DNA of 64,000 bases from Clostridia bacterium. GTDB taxonomy: Bacteria; Bacillota; Clostridia; Oscillospirales; CAG-272. The first letter of the stretch is position 1, and each line of letters starts with the position of its first letter. The notes under the pieces are model-generated. The model was not told the origin of the DNA. It was given only the letters and a program-made list of their open reading frames with translations, and did not search any database. The DNA lies in NCBI GenBank assembly GCA_017472695.1, contig JAFUOQ010000003.1:40804-104803 (forward strand). Direction: 5' to 3'. The position numbers and the translations under genes are program-made. Positions 38,494 to 48,312 of this stretch are shown here, one piece after another.

Positions 38494-40245
38494 TTATCCT
38501 ACAAAGGTAGAGTAAGTAAATTCTATATCTTGCTTTTCTTCGCTAATGCTTACAATTTCAAATTCGATTATTGTTATTTCAGTTTCTTCGCCTGTTTCCT
38601 CGTCGGTCGCGGTTTGGGTTTGAGGATAAAGAGTAATTTCTATTGTTCCTTTCTCATCCGCCACATATTCTTCGCCCAAAACAACAACCTTAACGCCTTG
38701 CGCATTTTTTATTGTCAAGGTAGCGATTCTTCCTTGCAATGATTTGAAATATAGGGTTTCATTAGCATCAATCTTTACAAGACTTGCTGGTGCATCAACC
38801 ACGTCAGCAACAACGATTTTAGAGTCTTCTCCGCCCTTGTCGTTTTCAACAAGAGTACAGCATGCAAAGAGCCATGCATTTTCTTCTGTTATGCCCTCAA
38901 TTACTGCACCCTCAATAATGTCAAAAACTCCATTAGCTCCTGGAACAATCGTATTTGGCTCTTTAAAGATATTGCTATCACCGTAATACCATCCACATTG
39001 CTCCATTACATTTTTAATAACATATTCAAGCTCCTTTGTAAGAGGAGTAACGCCTGCGCTATCACACTTGCTTGCATATTTTTCAAAGAAGGAATTGTAT
39101 GTTTCTCTTCTTAAAGCATTTCCATTTTCATCGGTGAAAATCTTAAATAGTCCAGTGTAATCGCACATTTGCTTGAATGAATCTATATATTTGCTTGATG
39201 ATGTAATTCTCACAAGCACAATTACACCATCCTCTGTGCCGAGGTGATAATATCCATCATTCTCGTTATATACGACTGTTAGCTCAGCATCAGTTACATC
39301 TAGGTCAACAAGATCACAGTTTAGATAGTTATACTTGCTTATTGCACTTGGAACTTCCTTTGCAACATAATCAATTTCTTGGATTGGCTTTGAAGCATCT
39401 CCTGTACGCTCGATTGTAAGGAAGCAAGTATCTGTTGCCAAGGATTTAACTCCTATAACATAGGTTGCAGTTCCACCGGTGCCAGTTGACACGCTAGAAT
39501 CAAGCACTTCTATCTCGAATGTTCCATCCTCATTTTCAACGCTGGAGTCCTTTTCTGCAAAAACATTGTGTGTACCACCATAATATCCGATGTTTATCGC
39601 GACATCGCAAATATATCCAAATTTGTACACTCCCCCGCGTGTAGGTCTAAAAATGTAATATGATTTTTTATCAATTGCAACCTTGTTTGCGCCCTCTGTG
39701 ACAAAGCCTGCCTCGTACTCATATTGCTCATCAGTCTTTTCATCATAAGGGAAAATTGTTTGTTTGTCCTCGTTTGGTATATTATAAAGCAAAATTTCCT
39801 TTGATGGCTTTTTAGCTGTTACAACACACTCGTTTTCATCATAGATAAGATTATTGTCTTGATAGGTAAGGTCAAAGGTATAATCGCCCTTTTCAAGTGA
39901 AATAGTAGCAACGCCATCTGTTGTTTTAGTCATATTGCCAACAGGCTCTCCATCCTTGTACATTTGCACAAAAGCTCTAGACGAAATAGGCTTGCCTGTA
40001 TAGTCTATAACAGTGATTGTATATTCAATTTCGTTTGACGGAGTGTCTGTATTTGTTTCAGTTTCAGCTTCAGTTTCAGATTCTGTTGCCGTATCAGTTT
40101 CAGTATCTGTTTCGGTTTCAGTTTCAGTATTTGTTTCAGTCTCTGTATTTGTTTCTGTATCTGTGTTAGATACACCACCACATGCACAAAGTAGCATAGA
40201 AAGTGCAAAAGCAAGACATATAATAAATATTATTTTCTTATTCAT
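38494..40245 (-). CDS. Lipoprotein with a (TE)n linker and one DGYYH...W...C domain
   Basis: Lipobox LCAC; TETE tract. Confidence 0.85.
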   Translation of the reverse strand: MNKKIIFIICLAFALSMLLCACGGVSNTDTETNTETETNTETETETDTETDTATESETEAETETNTDTPSNEIEYTITVIDYTGKPISSRAFVQMYKDGEPVGNMTKTTDGVATISLEKGDYTFDLTYQDNNLIYDENECVVTAKKPSKEILLYNIPNEDKQTIFPYDEKTDEQYEYEAGFVTEGANKVAIDKKSYYIFRPTRGGVYKFGYICDVAINIGYYGGTHNVFAEKDSSVENEDGTFEIEVLDSSVSTGTGGTATYVIGVKSLATDTCFLTIERTGDASKPIQEIDYVAKEVPSAISKYNYLNCDLVDLDVTDAELTVVYNENDGYYHLGTEDGVIVLVRITSSSKYIDSFKQMCDYTGLFKIFTDENGNALRRETYNSFFEKYASKCDSAGVTPLTKELEYVIKNVMEQCGWYYGDSNIFKEPNTIVPGANGVFDIIEGAVIEGITEENAWLFACCTLVENDKGGEDSKIVVADVVDAPASLVKIDANETLYFKSLQGRIATLTIKNAQGVKVVVLGEEYVADEKGTIEITLYPQTQTATDEETGEETEITIIEFEIVSISEEKQDIEFTYSTFVG

Positions 40246-40305
40246 AAAATCTCCAATTAAGAATGCTCTTAAATAAATTAGGCGGTTGTAAAACCGCCTA
40301 ATAAA

Positions 40306-43300
40306 TTATTCGGTTACTTCTGGACCGAGATATTCATAATAGTAGCAAAGCTTTGTCCAAGAGTTTTCAACGCCCTCGAATGTGAATTTGTCCATAAGGA
40401 ACTGGAGCATTTGCGCTAGCTCCTCGTCAACCATAACACATCCTTGTCTTTCGGGATAGCCTTCCTCGTCAAGCATAAGCTCAAGATATTTTTTTGCAGC
40501 CTCTGTTAAGTCAGGTGCTAGCTCTGCTCCCTCTGGTGGGGTTTGAAGCTGCATCTCTGTTTCAAGAGTTTCCTCGTCAATTATGACATATTCGTAGCCA
40601 TAAGCTCTATACTGACCATCAACGATATATCCGTGATATACACCATTCATAATATCGTCCATTTGGTAGAATTGCCAGTTTGCATCGAAGTCTGCGCCCC
40701 AAAGCTCGCGTAGTCCGTCCTCGCCATAGTTGTCAAGGTAAGCGATAGCCTCTTGGTCAACGGCGGTTCTTTCAAAAATGAAAGCGTTAGCCTCTATTAA
40801 TTCTTTTATTGATTGTGTTGTAAATATGTTTGTGTATTGATGGAAATCGGCATAAAGAACTGAACCAAGTGTGCCGTCCTCACGAACATGGTGATAATAT
40901 CCGTCATCACCTAGTGCAACATCAATACCACCCGCGATAGTGTCACCTTGTACACCGCCTATACCCTCTTCGTATGTGAATGGGCCTGGAGATGCAACAA
41001 CAAAGTAATCAAATGTTTCACCGATATATTGTACATCAAATGTAAACTTACCATATTGATATTGGTCATAATAAGCGAAGTTGATGTAGTACTCCTCACC
41101 AGCCTCCATATATGCTACCATTGATGCGTTGGTAAAATCTCTTTCATATACGCCATCGCCATCCGGGTCAACAAGAAGCTCCTTGCAGAAGCGCTCACCA
41201 AGGTCAGAGTTTGTGTACTCTATTCTGTCACCGTTTGCAACCCATGTATCATGGTCACCAACGAAAATCCAACCATTAACCTCATATACGCTATTTGTTG
41301 TGAATCTATATACGCCTGATGTTGTTGGAACGAACTTGTAGAGCAAGCCTCTTGGCATAATAACTCTGTTATATTCTACAACATTTGGTAGATCCTCTTT
41401 AACCTCGTATGCGCTAAAGGAAGCGAGTCCCTTAATTGGATCCTCAAGCTGCTTACCATCTGTTCCGTATGCATCATAGTAGTAGCAAAGAGTTAACCAT
41501 TGGTCAGGGTTACCCTCGCCTATACCTGTTTCCTGCTTAACAAAAGCATCAAGATATTTTTGAAGAGTTGGAGTTACAGGACAGTATGAATAAATTTGCG
41601 AGTTAGATGCGTAGTTGCAATACTTAATAAGATCATCATAGCAGTTTACGCCATCAACCATAAGCTCCTTTGAATCAGTAATTGTAAGTGTTATGGAGAT
41701 GTCGCTTGCAAAATTGGTGTAGTTAATAAGGCTAGCCAAAAGAAGCGGACCATCCTTTGTGCCAACGTGGTAGTATCCATCATCGCCAAGAACTGCTGTT
41801 ATATATTTTTCATAATCGGAACGATCCTCTGTCAAGCCTGACACTGCATCGCGTGGAATGTATGTTTCAACATTTATATTCTCCGCGTTTACAACATGGA
41901 AATTTTTGAGATAAACTGTATCGTCACCTTCATAATCAGAAATATTCTTTAGATATACAAATGTAACATCGTATGTACCATCCTCGGTAGCAACCCATGG
42001 GCAACAGCCCTTCCACTCTTCGCTCTCACCGGAAATTGTGTATATGTCCTTGCCATTAACTAAAACGTAAAGAACATCATAGCCTTGTTCAGTTGAAGCA
42101 AAATAGTCAAACATAAATGCTTCGCCAGCCTTGAGTACTACCTCTGCATGGAGAATAGCGTATGATGAATCCTTATCGAAGTTAGATGCCTTGATACAAT
42201 CAACGCCATCTAATTTTGTGATTATAAATGGCCATGCATATTCTGCATCGCTTGATTCAGTTTCTGGCAAATATGTAACATCGATTTCGCCGTTATTAAG
42301 AACCGCCTCAAGCTCCTCTTGAGAAGGCATTTCCTCTGTTGGTTTATCTGTTGGAGTCAATTCAGTTACGCTACTAAAGAGTCTTTGTTGATAGTCATCA
42401 TCGCTAACTAGATAGTATTCAAACATCATATCAAAGTATTTCTCACTTGGAACTGCACCAGTATGCATAAGTGAAACCATACCATAGCGGTCAATAACTA
42501 TTGTTACAGGGTTACCAGCAATGCCAAATGCGCTTTCAATATCATTTGCATCCTTAATCATTTGTAAATCAAGTGCGAATGCGCCAACGATGCCTTCCTT
42601 TGCGTTTGCAAAAACATCATCAATATTTTCTGAATTTGCATCCTTTAAATCAGTTGAGAAGTTAGCAAGTGCTATTCTTAACTTATTGCTGTCTGCCTCT
42701 GCTATTGCTGTTTCGATTGCTAAGGCAAGCGCGTCAGCTGCAGCGCTTATATCATCCTCGCTTTTAATGCTTTCAAGCAAAGCATCAAGCGCTTCTTCTA
42801 TTTTTGTTTCATCAAAATTCTTCAACTCAATATTAGAGTTAGTAACAAGTGTAGCAGCAAGAGCCTTTAAAGAATCATTCTTTTTAAGCTCATCACATAT
42901 TGCGTTGTAGCTTCCAAATTTTGCATAGAATCCGTCTTTAAAATTCTTTACAGTTGTTTCATTATCTCCACCAAGCTTACCATTGAGTGCGAAAAGCGCA
43001 ACCCTGTCGCTGTATTTTGTATATGAAGACTCCATATCTGGGAACTCCTCAATACAGTACGAGCAGGTTGTGAACCAAAAGTTAAGAACTATAGCATCCT
43101 TCTCCTCTAAAAGCTCGGAGAACTTGTATGTAACACCGTCTACTGTAATTGAGTAGTCATAAATAATGTCACCAAGCTTGAAGCTAGATGGCTTCTCTGT
43201 AAGAAGACTGGATTCTAGCACGATGTCAGCGCCAGTTTCGCCCAGTTCATAGAATTCTTCAACAAAGTAGCCCTTTGGAGCTTCGTCAAGCTCGATTGTA

Positions 43301-43689
43301 AACTTCTCATCTGTAGGCAAGGTGAATGTAGCTACGCCCTTACTATCGGTAACGCCCATTCTATCCTTTGATATATTGCCATTAGAATCATAAATATAAA
43401 CTCTAACGCCCTCGAGTGCCATCTTACCAGCTGATTTTACAGTAATAGTATAGGTAGCCTCGCCTTCCTCGTTTTCAGTTTCGGTTTCAGTCTCTGTTTC
43501 TGTATCTGTTTCAGTTTCGGTCTCTGTATCCGTTTCAGTTTCGGTTTCGATGTTTGTTTCCGTCTCCGTTTCTGTGCTGGTGTTTGTATCGGTATCACCA
43601 TTTCCACCACATGATGCAACAAAGGCAACACAGGAAAGAAGCATAATCATAGCCAAGACAAGCAATAGCACCTTCTTTGTTTTTTGCAT
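40306..43689 (-). CDS. Large lipoprotein with a (TE)n linker, a TlpA/redoxin domain and two DGYYH...W...C domains
   Basis: Lipobox VASC; LNFWFTTCSYC and NPVTIVIDRYG. Confidence 0.88.
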   Translation of the reverse strand: MQKTKKVLLLVLAMIMLLSCVAFVASCGGNGDTDTNTSTETETETNIETETETDTETETETDTETETETETENEEGEATYTITVKSAGKMALEGVRVYIYDSNGNISKDRMGVTDSKGVATFTLPTDEKFTIELDEAPKGYFVEEFYELGETGADIVLESSLLTEKPSSFKLGDIIYDYSITVDGVTYKFSELLEEKDAIVLNFWFTTCSYCIEEFPDMESSYTKYSDRVALFALNGKLGGDNETTVKNFKDGFYAKFGSYNAICDELKKNDSLKALAATLVTNSNIELKNFDETKIEEALDALLESIKSEDDISAAADALALAIETAIAEADSNKLRIALANFSTDLKDANSENIDDVFANAKEGIVGAFALDLQMIKDANDIESAFGIAGNPVTIVIDRYGMVSLMHTGAVPSEKYFDMMFEYYLVSDDDYQQRLFSSVTELTPTDKPTEEMPSQEELEAVLNNGEIDVTYLPETESSDAEYAWPFIITKLDGVDCIKASNFDKDSSYAILHAEVVLKAGEAFMFDYFASTEQGYDVLYVLVNGKDIYTISGESEEWKGCCPWVATEDGTYDVTFVYLKNISDYEGDDTVYLKNFHVVNAENINVETYIPRDAVSGLTEDRSDYEKYITAVLGDDGYYHVGTKDGPLLLASLINYTNFASDISITLTITDSKELMVDGVNCYDDLIKYCNYASNSQIYSYCPVTPTLQKYLDAFVKQETGIGEGNPDQWLTLCYYYDAYGTDGKQLEDPIKGLASFSAYEVKEDLPNVVEYNRVIMPRGLLYKFVPTTSGVYRFTTNSVYEVNGWIFVGDHDTWVANGDRIEYTNSDLGERFCKELLVDPDGDGVYERDFTNASMVAYMEAGEEYYINFAYYDQYQYGKFTFDVQYIGETFDYFVVASPGPFTYEEGIGGVQGDTIAGGIDVALGDDGYYHHVREDGTLGSVLYADFHQYTNIFTTQSIKELIEANAFIFERTAVDQEAIAYLDNYGEDGLRELWGADFDANWQFYQMDDIMNGVYHGYIVDGQYRAYGYEYVIIDEETLETEMQLQTPPEGAELAPDLTEAAKKYLELMLDEEGYPERQGCVMVDEELAQMLQFLMDKFTFEGVENSWTKLCYYYEYLGPEVTE

Positions 43690-43909
43690 AGCATAACTCC
43701 TTAATATAAAATATAATTTTTAAGTCTTTTATATTATAGCACACGCGTAGCATTTTGTCAATAGAGGGCTTTTCCTCTTACACCATATGTCATATTTTTT
43801 CAAAAAACGTAGCACCCTGTGTCTAATTTATTCAGAAATTTGAACAAATGTTCATTAAAAATTAACAAAAGAACCCTCCTTGTTTTTGAGGAAGGTTCTT
43901 CATGTTCAA

Positions 43910-45145
43910 TTATAATTTATTTTTTAAAAAAATTCTTGCTTTCGAGCCTTTTTTGAAGATTTTAAGCCCGATTTTATAGATAAGCTTGTTATAAACGAAT
44001 TTGTGAGAAAGCTTGTTCTGTCTTTTTGGAACTATAATCAGCTTGCTTGAGCTTTTGTTGATTTTTTTGCCTTCGTTATTAATTAGATAATTAATTGATT
44101 TGCCAACATATTGGTCTTTCTCATTATAAATAAGGTTAACATCGTCTGTACGATAAAACTTATATAGTTCTCTTTCAATATCGTCAAAATTGTCACCAAG
44201 CAGCTCTGTTCCTATATATGCATAAGAGTCACTCGCCAGTGAAAGCTGAAGCTTGGTTGTGTCATACTTTTCTTTAATATAATCATACATATGCTCGAGT
44301 TTATTTGCTTTTGCATATGAATAATGCTTTCTTGCCATCATTTCGGACCATTCCTTTAAGTTAGCCTTAATCTCGTCCTTAAATGAGTTCTCTGGTAAAT
44401 TTGCATACATAGTATTAAATGTAAAGGTCATCGAGTCAATCTCATTTTTGAGTCCTGCCTCGCCCACTGTCACAACGCTCTGATTAGTGTGAACACGATA
44501 AAAGTAGTACCCTGTGTGCGTATTTACTAGTTTTTTTGCATTTTTCATTGTGAAAAAGTTGTAAAGCGCATCCTCTGAAAATGTGTATTTTTTTGCAAAT
44601 GCATCTGTTTTTTCGAGCTCCTTTTTCGCCTCTAGCAAAAGTGATTTTTTGTACATTTTGTTCCACAAAACAAAGTAAGAATGCATTTTTCCCTTGCCCG
44701 ATGCGAAAAACCTTAAGATATTATTGTTTTCATAGCAAATATCATTTTTTATCGTCAAGTCATCACCGCAAACAAATCTTGTGCGCTCTGTTAAGAACGC
44801 CCAGTCATTTATAACAATGTCTGCGCCACTTTCCTGCGCCTTTTTTATCATTGGTGCGTGATAGTTAAATGTAACGTAATCGTCAGCATCACAAAAGGCA
44901 ACATATTCGCCCTTTGATATTAAAATGCCCAAAAATCTTGCTGCCATTTGTCCCCTATTTTCTGTTTTTACGTACACAGGGTCGTACTTTTTTATAATTT
45001 CACTATAATTTTCATTTGAGCCATCATCAATTACAACTATCTCATATTCGTCCTTTTTCAAGGTGCTATTTCTTATTGATTTTAGAGCCTGTTCAAAAAA
45101 ATCCTTATTTGTGTTATAAAGACACATTACTATACTTAATTTCAT
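43910..45145 (-). CDS. Glycosyltransferase family 2
   Basis: LSIVMCLYN, IDDGS, FCDADD, SEDAL; ATG at 45145 preferred. Confidence 0.9.
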   Translation of the reverse strand: MKLSIVMCLYNTNKDFFEQALKSIRNSTLKKDEYEIVVIDDGSNENYSEIIKKYDPVYVKTENRGQMAARFLGILISKGEYVAFCDADDYVTFNYHAPMIKKAQESGADIVINDWAFLTERTRFVCGDDLTIKNDICYENNNILRFFASGKGKMHSYFVLWNKMYKKSLLLEAKKELEKTDAFAKKYTFSEDALYNFFTMKNAKKLVNTHTGYYFYRVHTNQSVVTVGEAGLKNEIDSMTFTFNTMYANLPENSFKDEIKANLKEWSEMMARKHYSYAKANKLEHMYDYIKEKYDTTKLQLSLASDSYAYIGTELLGDNFDDIERELYKFYRTDDVNLIYNEKDQYVGKSINYLINNEGKKINKSSSKLIIVPKRQNKLSHKFVYNKLIYKIGLKIFKKGSKARIFLKNKL

Positions 45146-45406
45146 TTTTCTTTTTCCTTTTTCTTTTACTAATTCTTTATCTATTATACATTCACTTTCG
45201 AAAATTGTCAATATTTAGTATAACATCATTTTAATGCTTATTTTTATTAATTAATTTCGATATTCAATTGACTTTTCACTTCATTTATATTATACTATAT
45301 TCAGTGCAAAAATTACCAATTTATTATGTAAGTTGCACAAAATACAATTTTGCGATTTTGTTTGCCACACCGCACTTAAACCATTGTGGCATAAAGGAGA
45401 CATGAA

Positions 45407-47371
45407 ATGAACAAAACACAAAAAATCAGAGTTACCCCTGATATGATTATTAATGATATGGGTATTGAAAAGGTTGAAAACTTTTTCTGCGAATTTGATA
45501 ATGATGGCGACCCACTATATGGTGTAGAGGGTTCAATACCTCAAGTTCATCCAAGACACGACCACTGGTGGGTTGGTCAAACCGACCTTCAGTTCACGGT
45601 AGAGCTTGACGGTATTTATCAAATTACCAATATGTATATTTATAATGACTACGACGCATATAAGCCTGAAAAGGATAAGCACGACTATGGCGTTCGTAAG
45701 GTTAGGGTTAAAATGGGTACTCCATTTAGTTGGGAATATAATGAGGAGCTTGCGCCGGAGGTTAGAAAATGGACCGGCTTCGAAACAAGCCACAAGACAC
45801 GTTATATAAACTTTTCCTTTAACAACAACCAAGCGCCAAGTGAAATTGTAATTTATGGCTACAAGGTTGAAGATATTGACCTCACTCCTCCTCCAAGAAA
45901 GGAGCACAAGCGGAGTGACCTTTCAAAGTTTGTTGGTATGAACGGCTTTGTTAATGATGGTGACGATATTGCTCGCGCTTGTACATACATTCGTGAGTAT
46001 CACCCTTGGCTATGGAGCTGCACCCCCGACCTTGAAAACACCACTCTTTCTATGAACCCAAGCTTTGCAGGTCCTTGGTACTTTGATGAGTACTATGAAA
46101 GAATGCATAGCCATGGAATTGATGTTGCTACCACAATTTCTACTCATCATAAGAGAACTCCTAAAGACAACACCTGTGACTCTTGCGATCCTAAAAACTA
46201 TATGTCCTACGCAGCAATGCTTTTCCAATTTGTTGCTCGTTATGGGCACAATAAGGATATCGACCCTGAGCTTATCAAGGTTGGCCCTGGTCAAGAAAAG
46301 AAAATCGGTCTTGGTTATATGACCGCGGTTGAGCCACTTAATGAGCCTGACGGCACATGGCTTGGTCGTGAGCCTTACTTCTCTCCTTTTGAGATGGCTG
46401 CATTTTTAAGTATGTGCTATGACGGGCACGAGGGAATGTACAAGAATGTCGGTGTTAAACAGGCTGACCCTAACTTTATTATGTCAATGTCGGGTGGTGC
46501 TGGACTTCACCTTGGCAGACTCAAGGCTATGCAGTTCTGGTGCGAATACAACCGTAAGGACAAGAAATTGCCATTTGATGTTATAAACGCTCACAGATAC
46601 TGTGGTAAGCGCACTAACCTAAAGACCGGTAAAACAAAGAACGTTGACGTAAATATTGCTGACCGTGGCGACCAATCACAAATGGTTTACGTTGGCATTT
46701 CTCCTGAGGAAGGCGATATTATCGGCGCTTTCAGTACTATTATGGACTGGCGTGATAGATACTATCCAGATATGGAAATTTGGCTTACAGAATTCGGCTG
46801 GGACACTAACCAATCATATGAAACCTCAACCTCTGCTCACGCATATGGTGAATACACAGGCAGACAAGTACAAGGCATGTGGCTTGTTCGCGAGTACTTG
46901 CTCCTCTCCTCTATCGGTGTTGAGCGTGCGGCTATGTATATGTCCCGTGACTGTGGCCCTGAGGAAACAGCTGTTGGTAAGTATGGTTCTTCCGGCTTGG
47001 TTCGTCATCCTATTGAGATTGACCCAACCAATGTAATCCAAGGCAATAAGAAGGACTCCTTCTATTATATTTACACCTTAAAGGAAATTTTGAAGGACAC
47101 TCGCTTTGTTAGTGAGATTGATTCAGGCAATCCAAAGGTTAAAGTGTTCAAATATGAAACCGCCGATGGTAAGGCAAGATACGCTGTATGGTGCCCAACC
47201 TCTAACTCAACAAAGGTTAAAAGATTCAAGCTCAATGTTGGTGAGGGCGAATTCGTGCTTGCTGAGCTTGAGTTTGAATACTACAAGGGCAAGCGTAGTG
47301 ATTTGAAGAATAAAAATGGATTTGTTACATTCTGTTCTTCAGAAAAGCCTGTATTTATAATTGAAAAATAA
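45407..47371 (+). CDS. Clan GH-A-like glycoside hydrolase with no signal peptide
   Basis: Acid/base LNEPD, INAHRY, nucleophile WLTEFGWD. Confidence 0.75.
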   Translation: MNKTQKIRVTPDMIINDMGIEKVENFFCEFDNDGDPLYGVEGSIPQVHPRHDHWWVGQTDLQFTVELDGIYQITNMYIYNDYDAYKPEKDKHDYGVRKVRVKMGTPFSWEYNEELAPEVRKWTGFETSHKTRYINFSFNNNQAPSEIVIYGYKVEDIDLTPPPRKEHKRSDLSKFVGMNGFVNDGDDIARACTYIREYHPWLWSCTPDLENTTLSMNPSFAGPWYFDEYYERMHSHGIDVATTISTHHKRTPKDNTCDSCDPKNYMSYAAMLFQFVARYGHNKDIDPELIKVGPGQEKKIGLGYMTAVEPLNEPDGTWLGREPYFSPFEMAAFLSMCYDGHEGMYKNVGVKQADPNFIMSMSGGAGLHLGRLKAMQFWCEYNRKDKKLPFDVINAHRYCGKRTNLKTGKTKNVDVNIADRGDQSQMVYVGISPEEGDIIGAFSTIMDWRDRYYPDMEIWLTEFGWDTNQSYETSTSAHAYGEYTGRQVQGMWLVREYLLLSSIGVERAAMYMSRDCGPEETAVGKYGSSGLVRHPIEIDPTNVIQGNKKDSFYYIYTLKEILKDTRFVSEIDSGNPKVKVFKYETADGKARYAVWCPTSNSTKVKRFKLNVGEGEFVLAELEFEYYKGKRSDLKNKNGFVTFCSSEKPVFIIEK

Positions 47372-47382
47372 TATTAATAAAT

Positions 47383-47411
47383 AAAAGGTAGGTTTTTAGC
47401 CTACCTTTTTG
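47383..47411. terminator. Bidirectional terminator
   Basis: AAAAGGTAGG...CCTACCTTTT between convergent genes. Confidence 0.75.
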
Positions 47412-47414
47412 TTT

Positions 47415-48194
47415 TTAGAATAGTGGAATAACTGGTCTTTTTTCTCTATATTCGCTTGGTGTCATTTTACATATGGACTTAAAATTTCTCATAAATGAAT
47501 AAACGGAGCTATAGCCACATTCGATGGAGCATTCAAGAACGGACTTGTCTGTGTTTTTGAGCAGATAGCACGCTTTGCTGATTCTAAACTGATTCACAAA
47601 TGAATTATAGGAAATTCCAAAGCTTTTTTGGAAATATCTTGATATATAGGAATACGAATAACCGAGCTGAGATGATGCTTTAGAGAGTGAGCAATCAAGC
47701 GAATAATTGTTTTCGACAAAATCAAGCACCTTATCTAAAAAGTGAAGATTCAAGCTGCTCTTTTCTGTGTACTCAGCTGTCTGGTCAAATTCTGCAAGAA
47801 GCGAATACAAAGCACCTTTCTTTTTTAGAATTGAATCTGTCCCTCTTACACTAAACACCATATCTACAACCGATTGTGAGGGCTTAAATTTGTTGCTTTT
47901 AGGTATCTTATATGATACGCGAGAGGAAAACGCCTCCACCAGCTTTTGCGAAAACATACAATACCCGTGCTCGGATATCTTGCTCGAAAATGAGTGCTTT
48001 TGATTTGGAAAAATTAAAACCGCCTCGCCCTTATGTAGTATGTATTCACAATCATTTATATAAACCTTGACCTCTCCCCCTGTTACATAGAAAAGCTCAA
48101 AGGAATAGTGCATGTGATCATAAAACGAGAGATTTTTTCCTTTCTTTGTAAAGTAATCCTGCAATGTGCCAAAATTAGAAAATTCGTAAACCAT
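47415..48194 (-). CDS. AraC family regulator
   Basis: Cupin HMHYSFE; C-terminal HTH CGYSSVYSFMRNFK...TPSEYR. Confidence 0.92.
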   Translation of the reverse strand: MVYEFSNFGTLQDYFTKKGKNLSFYDHMHYSFELFYVTGGEVKVYINDCEYILHKGEAVLIFPNQKHSFSSKISEHGYCMFSQKLVEAFSSRVSYKIPKSNKFKPSQSVVDMVFSVRGTDSILKKKGALYSLLAEFDQTAEYTEKSSLNLHFLDKVLDFVENNYSLDCSLSKASSQLGYSYSYISRYFQKSFGISYNSFVNQFRISKACYLLKNTDKSVLECSIECGYSSVYSFMRNFKSICKMTPSEYREKRPVIPLF

Positions 48195-48312
48195 ACAAGC
48201 TCCATAGAACAAATTTTGTAACTATATTATACACAAAATAACAAGAAAAGTCAATACACTGTGTGATAAAATAAAATTGGATTATTAGAATTAAAATAAA
48301 GGAGATTTTAAT

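Noticed and set aside
24732-43689. Diversity-generating retroelement or invertible cassette acting on the surface proteins
   Set aside because: No reverse transcriptase, recombinase or adenine-specific TR/VR pair was seen; the repeats are protein-level only
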